Positions 1 to 9,500 of a DNA stretch of 64,000 bases are shown piece by piece. The notes beneath the pieces were generated by a model, which had not been told where the DNA came from, made no database searches, and saw only the letters and a program-made list of their open reading frames with translations. The translations under genes were made by a program, and so were the position numbers. Position 1 is the first letter of the stretch, and each line of letters starts with the position of its first letter. Source of the DNA: Pirellulales bacterium (GTDB lineage: Bacteria > Planctomycetota > Planctomycetia > Pirellulales > DATAWG01); NCBI GenBank assembly GCA_038210495.1, contig JBBQWR010000013.1, positions 15,310-79,309 on the forward strand, read 5' to 3'.

Positions 1-697
1 ATCCGATCCCTTGGGCTCCGGCCCTGACGGCAACATTTACGCCGACCATTTCACCGTCGATGTTCAAGAGCGGGCCACCGGAATTGCCGGGATTGATCGC
101 GGCGCTGACCTGAACGAGATCGTCGTAGCCTTGCGTTTCGCTGACCTGCACATTGCGATGCAGCGCGCTGACGATTCCTTCGGTCACGGTATTTTCATAG
201 CCATAGGCGTTGCCGACCGCGATGATCGGTTCGCCAACCATTAGGTCGCTAGACGTGCCGATGCTGATGACTTTCAACTTCTTGGGCGTGGCGATTTTGA
301 TCACCGCCAGATCGGCGGTGGCGTCGCTCGAGATCAATTTGGCCATGTAGTTCGCCCCGTCGGCCATGGTGACTTCGATCTTCTGCACGCCATCGACGAC
401 GTGGAAATTGGTGACGATATACCCGCGTTCGTCGATCACGATTCCCGTGCCCATCCCGTTTACGCGGCGGGGGGCGTCGGCGTGAGCGGATGGCTCCTCG
501 CTCGTGAGCGTCTTTTGACCGTGGATGTTGACCACCGAATCCTTGGCGCCGGCCACCGCGACGACGACGGGCGTCCGTCGCTCGCTCGTCACGGCGCTCG
601 ATCGAATCGGCGCGGCGAGCAGACCAACAGCCGCAAGCCACAGGCAACTTGTTCGTCCGAGGCGGCGCGACAAGCTGCGGTAAGCGGAATTTCGCAT
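1..697 (-). CDS. HtrA/DegP-family trypsin-like serine protease (C-terminal part runs off the window)
   Basis: Absent from the ORF track because it has no stop in the window. Manual translation of the - strand from the ATG at 697 gives MRNSAYRSLSRRLGRTSCLWLAAVGLLAAP (signal/anchor), GTGIVIDERGYIVTNFHVV (His box), DLAVIKI (Asp box) and INPGNSGGPLLNIDGEMVGVN (Ser box). Confidence 0.85.
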   Translation of the reverse strand, partial: MRNSAYRSLSRRLGRTSCLWLAAVGLLAAPIRSSAVTSERRTPVVVAVAGAKDSVVNIHGQKTLTSEEPSAHADAPRRVNGMGTGIVIDERGYIVTNFHVVDGVQKIEVTMADGANYMAKLISSDATADLAVIKIATPKKLKVISIGTSSDLMVGEPIIAVGNAYGYENTVTEGIVSALHRNVQVSETQGYDDLVQVSAAINPGNSGGPLLNIDGEMVGVNVAVRAGAQGIG

Positions 698-1263
698 GAC
701 GGTCGTTCTGCGGAGGTCGATGGCCGTGGACACGAGGCGATATTTTGGCGGGCGACGTTTCAGTCGATCGGCGGCGGCGGTCTGGCTCGCTTCGAGCGAT
801 TTCACCGACACGTCAACCCGACTGGGATCGCGATCGACGCATCCGACATAAATGAATCGGTTGAGGCGAACGAAAGCTAAATCGGTCCCCTACGAAAGCA
901 GCTTCAGGCACAAGGGTTATTGCCGGAACAAGCTGCCTAATTTCCCACTTGCCAGCCGCGCTTTGCTGGTCAGGCGATGGAAGCCGATCGGTGAAACTTG
1001 ATCGATCGGCGAGACTGGGGAAAAGATGCCGGTTTTAAACCCCGCGCGTTGGGCCTATTCGGCAAGAAATCCGAGGCCGAGATAAATGGAGTCAAGTTTC
1101 CGGCGAGGACGTCGGGCGCCGGATGTCAGCCGGGCGCCCGGGACGCTGGGCGCCAGGGCTGGAGGCGCCTGGCCGAAGCCCCGGAGCGTGGTTGCAATGC
1201 AATACCAAGGCAAAGCGGAGGCGCCTCTGGTCCAGCCCCTGAGTCGCCTAAAAGTCCACCGGG

Positions 1264-1749
1264 CTAAGACTTATGAGCCCGGTGCTCGGAAATTCGCCGA
1301 GCCTCCGGGGCCGACTCGACGACCGGATCGTTCAAGTCGCAGAAAAGTTTCGCGCGAAGTTTTTCGAGTTGAGCACGATGACCGCGAAATGAGGGCAGTT
1401 CACCAGCCGTCTCGAAGCGATCCACCTCGATGAACAAACTGGCCGGCTGCGCCAAATTTTGAGCACGGGCGATCGCCAACAGCAGTCGCCGCTGGCCGCT
1501 CGAAAGTTCGTGGGCTTTGCACAAGCTTTTGAACAGCTGCTTCGGGTCGTTGTACAACTGCGGCCCCTCTTGGCGGTTCATGACCCGGTTGAGCAGCCAC
1601 AAAAACACGAGCACGCACAGCAGCACGATTACGCTGGCGATCAATAGCGTGGCGTCCAGCTTGGAATGATCGACGCGGAAGTCGCGTCCCATTTCGCGCC
1701 AGCGATCGGACTGGGCCAAAAGCTTCGCCGACAGTGAAGCGATGTTCAC
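1264..1749 (-). CDS. hypothetical single-pass membrane protein
   Basis: 161-aa ORF with one hydrophobic helix (LLIASVIVLLCVLVFLWLL). Its start overlaps the stop of the upstream HEAT gene by 4 nt (ATGA), which suggests translational coupling. Confidence 0.5.
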   Translation of the reverse strand: MNIASLSAKLLAQSDRWREMGRDFRVDHSKLDATLLIASVIVLLCVLVFLWLLNRVMNRQEGPQLYNDPKQLFKSLCKAHELSSGQRRLLLAIARAQNLAQPASLFIEVDRFETAGELPSFRGHRAQLEKLRAKLFCDLNDPVVESAPEARRISEHRAHKS

Positions 1750-3497
1750 AGCTGAAACTCCTGGGTGGGCGGCAGAAGTGATTCGGTCGGCCCAAGCGGC
1801 GCCGGCTGAGATTGCGAGGGTATTTCAGGGCCAAATGGTTTCAGGCCAGCGTCGGCCGCCTCGCGAACCACGAGACTGCGATCCTCCAGGGCCTTCTCCA
1901 GCGCGGCTCGAGACCGGGGCGTGTTGCAAGCGCCCAGCGCCCGGGCGACCTCGGACCGAACCAAGTGATCTTCGTCGGCCAGGCGAGCGATCAGCGCCTC
2001 TTCGAGTTGCTCGGCGACATTCAGCGCGACTACGACTTTCACGGCCCGCAGCCTGCGGGTGCGCGATTTGGCGACAAGTTCTTGTCGCACGCCGTCCAAG
2101 GCTTCGAAATCGATTTTGCGAACCATCTCCCCCGTGGTGCGGCGAATATCATCGTCGAGGATATCGAACGACGCCAAGAATCGGCTGAACGTGAATTCGG
2201 CCAAATTCTCGCGAACGGCCCGCCGCACGATATCGTGTGGGCTGGCGACCATGTCGACCAAACGTCCCAGCACGCCGGGAATTCCTCGCGGCCGAAGTTG
2301 GCCGACGGCGTTGGCTTGCACTTGCGGATCGGGATCGTCGAGAGCCTTCAGAGCCAAGGCATTCGCCTCGGCGCCATTAAACTTCGCGAGCGCCGCCGAC
2401 GCCGCCCGCCGCCCTCCGACGCGGCCATGCAGGGTGAGGAATTCGATCACCGTGAAGACCGATTTGCGGGCCATGCCCGACCGAACGGCGAGTTGCACGG
2501 CGCCGAACTGCGCGTTGTCGTCCAACTCGCGCAGCAGCGAAAAGTCGCCTTGAAGCCACGGAACCGTATCGATCTTTTTGACATTCATCGCCACGTTGCC
2601 GGTCGGCTCATAGCCGATTTTGCGAACCAGACTTTCCACGAACTTGAGATCGCTCCGATGAGCCAAGAGCGTGAGCGACGACGAAGGAGCATGCGGATCG
2701 TCCAAGAAACTTAGCACCAACCGGAAGATTCCTGGGCGATGGCTATGCGTCAGCACTTCGACGATCGGACGATAAGATGAGTCGAGCGGGTCGGCCAAAA
2801 TCGTCTTAAGCGTCGCGTTGTCGCGGTGAACGAGCAGCAAAAAAGCCTCGATCACCGCCAGAATACGATGCTTGGCGAACCGCTTGACCGAGCCTTCAAG
2901 GCTCCCGATGACGTGTTGTCTGGCCAACTGCGGATCCCGGCGATTGCGGTAATCTCGCCGAGCCGCCAATTCTTCGTAGAGGAGCTCCGCCAACTGGAGG
3001 ACCGTCGCTGTCGCCATCTCGCGATTCGGGTTCGATTCGTCTTCAGCCGCGTTTATGAGCGCCGGCATCAAATCGTATTCGTGGAACCAGAGAATGGCCT
3101 GACAGCCGTTTTGGCACAGTTGCGGTTCGGCCGCGAGCACGGCGTCGCGCAGCGCGGCCGACATGCGGCCATGCCGTTGATCAATGATCGACCGCCAGCG
3201 CTCGTCGAACTGGTGCAGCCGGCGAACGATTTCCTTTTGGCCGGTCACGCTGTGTCGGTCCAGAATCGCCCGCAGGGCTTGTTCGCTAACCGACGCATGC
3301 GCGGAATCGAGCGCCGGGATGAGGAGCCCAATGGCGGCCTCATTTTTGGTCTTCGTCAACAGTCGAAATGTCGTGGCCAGACCTTGAGTCACAGCGATCG
3401 GTCGTCGGGGTTGATGATAGGTCGCACTCCTGGCGTGCTTCCTTTGCCCGGCCAATGGGCACGCCAGGACGCGGTAGCCAAATTTGCATCGTCTCAA
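1746..3497 (-). CDS. HEAT-repeat protein
   Basis: 583-aa ORF with repeated HEAT-like units, e.g. ALKALDDPDPQVQANAVGQL, ARLADEDHLVRSEVARALG and ALEDRSLVVREAAADAL. Confidence 0.7.
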   Translation of the reverse strand: MRRCKFGYRVLACPLAGQRKHARSATYHQPRRPIAVTQGLATTFRLLTKTKNEAAIGLLIPALDSAHASVSEQALRAILDRHSVTGQKEIVRRLHQFDERWRSIIDQRHGRMSAALRDAVLAAEPQLCQNGCQAILWFHEYDLMPALINAAEDESNPNREMATATVLQLAELLYEELAARRDYRNRRDPQLARQHVIGSLEGSVKRFAKHRILAVIEAFLLLVHRDNATLKTILADPLDSSYRPIVEVLTHSHRPGIFRLVLSFLDDPHAPSSSLTLLAHRSDLKFVESLVRKIGYEPTGNVAMNVKKIDTVPWLQGDFSLLRELDDNAQFGAVQLAVRSGMARKSVFTVIEFLTLHGRVGGRRAASAALAKFNGAEANALALKALDDPDPQVQANAVGQLRPRGIPGVLGRLVDMVASPHDIVRRAVRENLAEFTFSRFLASFDILDDDIRRTTGEMVRKIDFEALDGVRQELVAKSRTRRLRAVKVVVALNVAEQLEEALIARLADEDHLVRSEVARALGACNTPRSRAALEKALEDRSLVVREAADAGLKPFGPEIPSQSQPAPLGPTESLLPPTQEFQL

Positions 3498-3699
3498 TCG
3501 GGCGGCAAACTCTATCGAGCCTGCGGGGTTCCACCGCCTTCGCTGCGGCTGCGGCTACATCACCTGTGGGGTGCTTGCTTTCTCCGCGGCCCGGGTGGAA
3601 ACTAAACGAGTCGATTCTAACGGTCCTCACCGCGAACTAATCGTTACGTTCGCCGCTCCCCCCCGCCTCGATCGCGATTACCCAGCGAGTCTGCGAATT

Positions 3700-3975
3700 A
3701 TGCCGATTCCCCTATCTGCGCCGGAAGTAATGAATCGGGAGTTTCCCGAAATCAGGGCTCGCCTGTTGCAATTAGGAGCGGCGCTCGACCGCATGGACCG
3801 GGCCTCGGGATCGGCCCAGAGCGATGCGCGACTGGCGAAGGTTCGCGAAGCGCTTGGAATCCTGGCGAATCCGCAAGTCGCGTCTTCCGACGGCGTGCCA
3901 AACCGCGCGGAGGAACTTCAACTGCTTTTCTCGTTGGCGTATGAGGCGAATTGGAAGCAAAATTTTGATTCGTAA
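3700..3975 (+). CDS. hypothetical small protein
   Basis: Internal ATG at 3700 of track ORF 3484..3975 (MPIPLSAPEVMNREFPEIRARLLQLG...). The upstream part of the ORF overlaps the divergent HEAT gene. No recognisable domain. Confidence 0.35.
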   Translation: MPIPLSAPEVMNREFPEIRARLLQLGAALDRMDRASGSAQSDARLAKVREALGILANPQVASSDGVPNRAEELQLLFSLAYEANWKQNFDS

Positions 3976-4152
3976 CGCGACACATTCCCCGCGACCTTTT
4001 CAGGAACGGAAAATTCCATGTCTGGGACCACTGCCCGAACTTTTGACCGCGATGAACCAGCGAGACGGTAAGCGAATTGTCATTTTCAAACGGACCGCGG
4101 CGTCGAACGCATCTTCTACCTGAAAAACGCGCCGCCGAAAGAGATCCGCTTT

Positions 4153-4359
4153 TTGGAGATAAACCACCTCATCTCAGAAACGACCGCTCTTGAGCCGATC
4201 GATTTTGCGGTCGACATCGACGGGACTGAAGGACATTCCCTCATTGTGCTCGACGTGACTCCTTACCCCTGGGCGGCGATTCAACGTGGCGAGTTCGAGT
4301 TGCCCCCAGGGTGGAGCCTCGACGGCATGCAAGAACTCCTCCGCGCGGTCGGCGAATGA
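4153..4359 (+). CDS. hypothetical small protein (start uncertain, possibly frameshifted)
   Basis: 68-aa ORF with a TTG start. The frame is open and protein-like back to 4072 (…GVERIFYLKNAPPKEIRF-LEINHLISE) but has no ATG or GTG there. Confidence 0.3.
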   Translation: MEINHLISETTALEPIDFAVDIDGTEGHSLIVLDVTPYPWAAIQRGEFELPPGWSLDGMQELLRAVGE

Positions 4360-4485
4360 ATAACGCTCAGAGGTTGTGGTGGCGCCAAGCCCAATCCGAC
4401 TTAAATCTGCGTTAACGGAACTGACGCCCGTTAGAGTGTTGCCGTCATACTCAGATCAAAGGCAATTAGAATTAGTCCTCACAAA

Positions 4486-5382
4486 ATGCCTAATTACTTC
4501 GATCCGCATATTCACATGGTCTCGCGGACGACCGACGATTACGAGATGCTGGCCAAAATGGGCTGCGTGGGGATGAGCGAGCCGGCTTTTTGGGCCGGGT
4601 TCGATCGGAGCAGCGCCGATAGCTTTCGCGATTATTTCCGGCAGCTCACCGATTTCGAGCCCCGGCGGGCCGGCGCCTATGGCATCGCGCATTTCACCTG
4701 GATCTGCATCAATGCCAAGGAAGCCGAGAACGTCAGCTTGGCTCGCGATGTAATTCGGCTGATGCCCGAGTTTCTCGGTTTGCCCGGCGTGCTGGGAGTG
4801 GGCGAAATCGGCCTGAACAAGAACACGCGAAACGAGTCGCTGATCTTTTTCGAGCAGGTCGAACTGGCCGACAAGCTGAACGAGCAGATTCTGATCCACA
4901 CGCCCCACCTCGAAGACAAATACAAGGGCACGCGGATGATCTTGGACATGCTGGCTCAGTTTGGCCACCTCGAGCGGCGGCGGGTGCTGGTGGATCACGT
5001 CGAGGAGCATACGATTCGCCATGTGCTCGACGCGGGATATTGGGCCGGCATGACGCTGTATCCCGTTAGCAAATGCACGCCAGATCGGGCGGTCGACATG
5101 GTTGAAATCTATGGCCCCGAGCGGCTCTTGGTAAACTCCGCTGGCGACTGGGGGCCCTCGAAGCCGACCGCCGTGCCCGATTTTATCTTGGCAATGCGGC
5201 GTCGCGGGCATCCGGAATCGCTGATTCGGCGCGTGGTCTATGAAAACCCGCTCGAGTTTTTCCGCCAGAGCCGGAATTTCAAATTCACGCCGCCTGACCA
5301 GATCGTCAGCGATCCATCGCCCGCGTCCACAAGCAATGGGTTGCATCCGCGCGATTCGGCGAGCAGAATAGCGGCGACGTGA
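4486..5382 (+). CDS. TatD-related metal-dependent hydrolase (amidohydrolase superfamily)
   Basis: 298 aa. N-terminal FDPHIHM metal-binding motif, GVGEIGLNKNT, ILIHTPH and a later DH motif, typical of TatD-like TIM-barrel hydrolases. Confidence 0.75.
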   Translation: MPNYFDPHIHMVSRTTDDYEMLAKMGCVGMSEPAFWAGFDRSSADSFRDYFRQLTDFEPRRAGAYGIAHFTWICINAKEAENVSLARDVIRLMPEFLGLPGVLGVGEIGLNKNTRNESLIFFEQVELADKLNEQILIHTPHLEDKYKGTRMILDMLAQFGHLERRRVLVDHVEEHTIRHVLDAGYWAGMTLYPVSKCTPDRAVDMVEIYGPERLLVNSAGDWGPSKPTAVPDFILAMRRRGHPESLIRRVVYENPLEFFRQSRNFKFTPPDQIVSDPSPASTSNGLHPRDSASRIAAT

Positions 5383-5479
5383 GACTTGGTCAGTTTATTG
5401 GCAGTGATATTACTTAATCGGTCGGTCCCCCGCAGCGAGTGGCCGGCGGCTGATTTTCGTTAAAAAGGATGCAAGTACG

Positions 5480-7048
5480 ATGATGTGCAACTTGAGGGGG
5501 CTGTCGAAATTTTTGGTCGGGCTTTCGCTGCTGATTGCGTTCCGGCTCGCCGCGGCCGAGCAAACGCCCATCGAACAACAGGCAGCCGAGGCCGGCTTCA
5601 AGCCGATCTTCAATGGCCACGATCTGGCCGGCTGGGATGGCGATCCCAAGCATTGGTCCGTAAAAGACGGCGCCATCGTCGGCGAGACAGCGGCCGACAA
5701 TCCGCTGAAGCAGAATTCGTTTTGCATCTGGAGGCAGGGACAGGTCGACGACTTCGAGCTCCGCTGTTCTTACCGATTGACTAGCGACTGGGGCAACTCG
5801 GGCATCCAATACCGTAGCAAGGAACTGAAGGATGTCGCCCCCTGGGCTGTGGGCGGGTATCAAGCCGATATCGAGTCGGGCGACACATACACCGGAATTC
5901 TCTACGAAGAGCGCGGCCGCGGCATTTTGGCCAAGCGGGGCGAGCAGGTCACGATCGGCGCCGACGGCAAAATCACGCAGGGCCCGCCGATCGGAGACGG
6001 CAAGGAACTGCTCAGCAAGATCAACAAGAAAGAGTGGAACGACTATGTCGTCATCGCGCAGGGCAACCATCTGGTCCAAAAGATCAATGGCCAAGTCATG
6101 GCCGACATCACGGACAACGACGAGCGGGCCGGCCAACGGGCCTTCAGCGGCATCTTGGCGCTGCAGCTTCACGCCGGTCAGCCGATGCACGTCGAATTCA
6201 AGAACATCCGGCTCAAGCGCCTCAAGCTGACCGATCGCAAAAAGGTCGTGTTGGTCGCGGGCGCGCGCAGCCACGGTCCCGGCGAGCATGAATTCAACGC
6301 CGGCTCCCTGCTGCTCAAAAAGTGCTTGGACGAGAACGCTCCGCAGGTCTTGGCGGCCGTGTATCTCAGCGGCTGGCCGGACGACCCAACAGCGTTCGAC
6401 AATGCCGACGCGATCATGATTTATTCCGACGGGGGCGGTGGACATCCCGTAGCGCAGCGAAATCGACTGCAAGAAATCGACCAACTCGCCAAGAAAGGCG
6501 TCGGCGTCTTGTGCGCCCACTATGCGGTCGAAGTGGAGAAGGGCAAAGGGGGGCCTGAACTCACGCGCTGGATCGGCGGCTATTTCGAAACCTTCTGGTC
6601 GGTGAATCCGACCTGGATGATGACTGGCGCCAAACTGGCTAAGGACCACCCGATTACTCGGGGCGTGAAGCCGTTCGATATTCAAGACGAGTGGTACTAC
6701 CACATGCGGTTTCGCGACCACATGGAAGGCGTGACGCCGATTCTCAGCGCCGTTCCGCCCGATAACACTCGCCAAGGCCACGATGACGCACACGGCGGCA
6801 ATCCGGCCGTGCGGGCGGATGTCGGGAAGAACGTCAGCGAGGTTCTGTGTTGGGCGGCCGAACGGCCCGACGGCGGCCGGGGCTATGGCTTCACCGGCGG
6901 CCATTACCATAAAAACTGGGGCAACGACGATTACCGCAAACTGATGCTCAACGCGATCTTGTGGACGGCCAAGGCTGACGTGCCGGCACAGGGGGTCGAA
7001 TCCAAGGTGACGGAGGAGGACCTGAAAGCGAACCTCGACAAAAAATAG
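5480..7048 (+). CDS. secreted DUF1080 (3-keto-disaccharide hydrolase-like) / ThuA-domain fusion protein
   Basis: Signal peptide. N-terminal GFKPIFNGHDLAGWDGDPKHWSVKDGAIVG … FSGILALQLHAGQPMHVEFKNIRLK is a DUF1080 signature. The C-terminal half (KKVVLVAGARSHGPGEHEF … GGHYHKNW … LNAILWTA) is ThuA-like. Confidence 0.8.
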   Translation: MMCNLRGLSKFLVGLSLLIAFRLAAAEQTPIEQQAAEAGFKPIFNGHDLAGWDGDPKHWSVKDGAIVGETAADNPLKQNSFCIWRQGQVDDFELRCSYRLTSDWGNSGIQYRSKELKDVAPWAVGGYQADIESGDTYTGILYEERGRGILAKRGEQVTIGADGKITQGPPIGDGKELLSKINKKEWNDYVVIAQGNHLVQKINGQVMADITDNDERAGQRAFSGILALQLHAGQPMHVEFKNIRLKRLKLTDRKKVVLVAGARSHGPGEHEFNAGSLLLKKCLDENAPQVLAAVYLSGWPDDPTAFDNADAIMIYSDGGGGHPVAQRNRLQEIDQLAKKGVGVLCAHYAVEVEKGKGGPELTRWIGGYFETFWSVNPTWMMTGAKLAKDHPITRGVKPFDIQDEWYYHMRFRDHMEGVTPILSAVPPDNTRQGHDDAHGGNPAVRADVGKNVSEVLCWAAERPDGGRGYGFTGGHYHKNWGNDDYRKLMLNAILWTAKADVPAQGVESKVTEEDLKANLDKK

Positions 7049-7467
7049 GTCGATTCGCGGTTTTAAAAAGCACTTCGAAAGGTTGGAACGGCTTCCTGGG
7101 GCTTCGGCCAGAACGCCTTTAGCCCCGGCCACGCTGTGTTTTGCTAGCGCGTTCTCAACGTGACTCGATTGAACCAGCGGTCCTAGCGGCTATGGGCCGC
7201 TGGGACCGTTAAAATTAGTATTTCTTGCCTCATTTTTCTTGACGTCACAACCCAACCCGTTTAGGCTGGAGCTTCCCGCTACTGGCGCGGGTTGCCCGAG
7301 CTGCCTTGCCGCTTTGAGGGATCTGGCCGGCTTTTTGCCTGACCGGGCACTAGACGTGGATCTCCGCGGGTTGGACCGAGCGGCAACCGCGGCGCACGGC
7401 CTTGGGAAGGGTGGGCGCTTTCCCATTTACCCTCAACACGCATCAGCATTCATTGGAGCGATTTTAG

Positions 7468-9039
7468 ATGTCTTTTCTTCCCCAGTGGTTTTTCGGCCGT
7501 TCTCCGGCTTCCAATGCGACTAAAACTCGTCGCCCCGAAGGCCTTTCGCGGCGGCGCCGCACATTCGCCGTCGAGCAACTCGAAGCCCGCCGCGTGCTCG
7601 CGGTAACATCGCTCTCGATCTATACGCCCACGCAGTCGATCGTGGCCGGAAACACGACGGGAACCATCAAAGTTCAACTGCTGGATCAATTCGGAAGAAC
7701 GGCCAAAGCGCCGATCGGGGGCGAAGTTATTCTGCTCGGCAGCAATTCGGGACAGGGCACGTTTTTGAACGCGGCGGGGACCGCCCCGATCGCTTCGATT
7801 ACCATTCCCGTCGGAGCGAGCGCCGCCAGCTTTAAGTACACCGACACGAAGGCCGGCACGCCGCTGCTCACATTGGCCTCTGGCCTTCTCAAGCCCGCGC
7901 ATCAAAGTGAGTCGGTGGCTGCTGCGGCTGCGACTCAAATTCTGTTTGTCGACCAAAGTTCTCCGCCGATGCCGTTGCCAATCCAAACCATTCAGAACAC
8001 CGCTCCGGCGACAGTGACGATCGAGTTGTTGGACGCCTTTGGAAATGTGGCCAAGGCCGCCGCGACGAGCACGATAGTGACCGTGACGCGAAGTCCGCAT
8101 GGCCCCACAAGGACGATAATCATTGGCGGCGCGGCCGGTCAAGAAGTCGCTTTGAGCGCCGACTCGCCCACGGCCAAGTTGCTCGCCAGTCAATCGGCCA
8201 CCACGCAGATCAACAAGATTGTCATCCCGACGGGCCAATCGACGGCGACATTCTTCTACTCCGATACCACCGCGGGCTCGTTCCACGTTTTTGCCGATAG
8301 CGTTCAGCTTGGCTCGGCCCAACAAACGGAAATGACGGCCCCCGACATCGCGCCGACGATCACGGCGCCCGCGACATTGACCATCGCCGCCGGAGCAACC
8401 CAGAGCTTCGCCACGACCGTCCCCCCGATCACGGTTGACGACGTTGACGCCGGCGCAAGTATCGAGACGGTCAAGGTCACGACCATGACGGGCTCGTTGC
8501 TCCAAGGCGCTGTCAACGTCGGCTCCACGGTAACGCTGACCGGAACGATCGCCTCGCTGAAAACTCAGCTTAGTGGTCTTACCTATCAAGCTGGGGCGGC
8601 TGCCGACACGATCAAGATCGTCGCCAACGATGGAACGCTGAGCACGAGCGCCACGATCGTCGTCGGTCTTGCTCCCGACATCGCTCCGACGATCACGCCG
8701 GGGCCAGGACTCGCGACCGGGTTCACTGTCCCGCTGGGAGCGACGTTCGCTTTCACCGGACCGAACACGCTCACGATCGCGGACGCGGATGCGACGGCCA
8801 CTACCATGTTGACCGTAACGCTGTCGGTGACCAACGGCTCGATCGCAAAGTTCGGGGTCCCCCTGAAGACGCTGACGATCACCGATACGCTCGCCAACAT
8901 CAACGCGATTCTGATGACGAACGTCACATACATCGCTCCGCCCGCCGGAGCGCCATTCACGTCGGACATTCTGACGATCACCGCGACCGACGGCGTGATG
9001 CCGGCTAGCCCGGTGTCGATCGGCATTACGCTGATGTAA
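7468..9039 (+). CDS. secreted repeat protein (Ig-like repeats) with planctomycete-type N-terminal 'EQLEARRVLA' motif
   Basis: 523 aa, Thr/Ala-rich. It has two ~125-aa repeats (…IKVQLLDQFGRTAKAP… and …VTIELLDAFGNVAKAA…) and two ~100-aa repeats that each start with APDIAPTIT. Confidence 0.65.
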   Translation: MSFLPQWFFGRSPASNATKTRRPEGLSRRRRTFAVEQLEARRVLAVTSLSIYTPTQSIVAGNTTGTIKVQLLDQFGRTAKAPIGGEVILLGSNSGQGTFLNAAGTAPIASITIPVGASAASFKYTDTKAGTPLLTLASGLLKPAHQSESVAAAAATQILFVDQSSPPMPLPIQTIQNTAPATVTIELLDAFGNVAKAAATSTIVTVTRSPHGPTRTIIIGGAAGQEVALSADSPTAKLLASQSATTQINKIVIPTGQSTATFFYSDTTAGSFHVFADSVQLGSAQQTEMTAPDIAPTITAPATLTIAAGATQSFATTVPPITVDDVDAGASIETVKVTTMTGSLLQGAVNVGSTVTLTGTIASLKTQLSGLTYQAGAAADTIKIVANDGTLSTSATIVVGLAPDIAPTITPGPGLATGFTVPLGATFAFTGPNTLTIADADATATTMLTVTLSVTNGSIAKFGVPLKTLTITDTLANINAILMTNVTYIAPPAGAPFTSDILTITATDGVMPASPVSIGITLM

Positions 9040-9096
9040 AGCCCAAACGACTTGGGTTCGGCGGCAAGGTCATTTTGGAGCCTGATTGTCTTTGAG

Positions 9097-9129
9097 CCTC
9101 GGAGTTGCGATCGGATTGCAACTCCGAGG
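9097..9129 (+). terminator. stem-loop downstream of the repeat-protein gene
   Basis: Perfect 12-bp stem CCTCGGAGTTGC / GCAACTCCGAGG with a 9-nt loop, 58 nt after the stop at 9039. No clear T-tract follows. Confidence 0.4.
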
Positions 9130-9500
9130 ACAGGCTGCGCGTCGTATGGCGGTCAAACTAACCTTGGCAAAGGGGTTTGACTTGCGGCGGTTAAATATTT
9201 CTTCATGGGCTCGCCCGAGCCCGTTTGAGCGATCTGCGCGTGCGACTTCGCGTCTATCCAGCCTATATTCCGGCGGCCGAGTCGTACGTCGGCGAAATCT
9301 GCCGGTTCTTCTGGCTTTCCTGCTTTTTCGGGTTGAGTTGATTCTCCGTTTAATCCGATTAAACCGGTGGTAGGCCTCGTGCGGAGTGCTAGCGGCCAGT
9401 TTTGCCGCAGCGGACTCACGGCGCGTACAAACTAACTCAACTCAAGTCGTTCCCAACCCACCAGTCGCTCAGGCGTTCGCCAAGCAGACGGAGACACGTC

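Noticed and set aside
5414-7132. 572-aa ORF on the - strand
   Set aside because: It is an antisense shadow of the DUF1080/ThuA gene. Its composition is Arg/Ala/Gly-rich and it has no motifs, whereas the + strand protein has a signal peptide and two recognisable domains.
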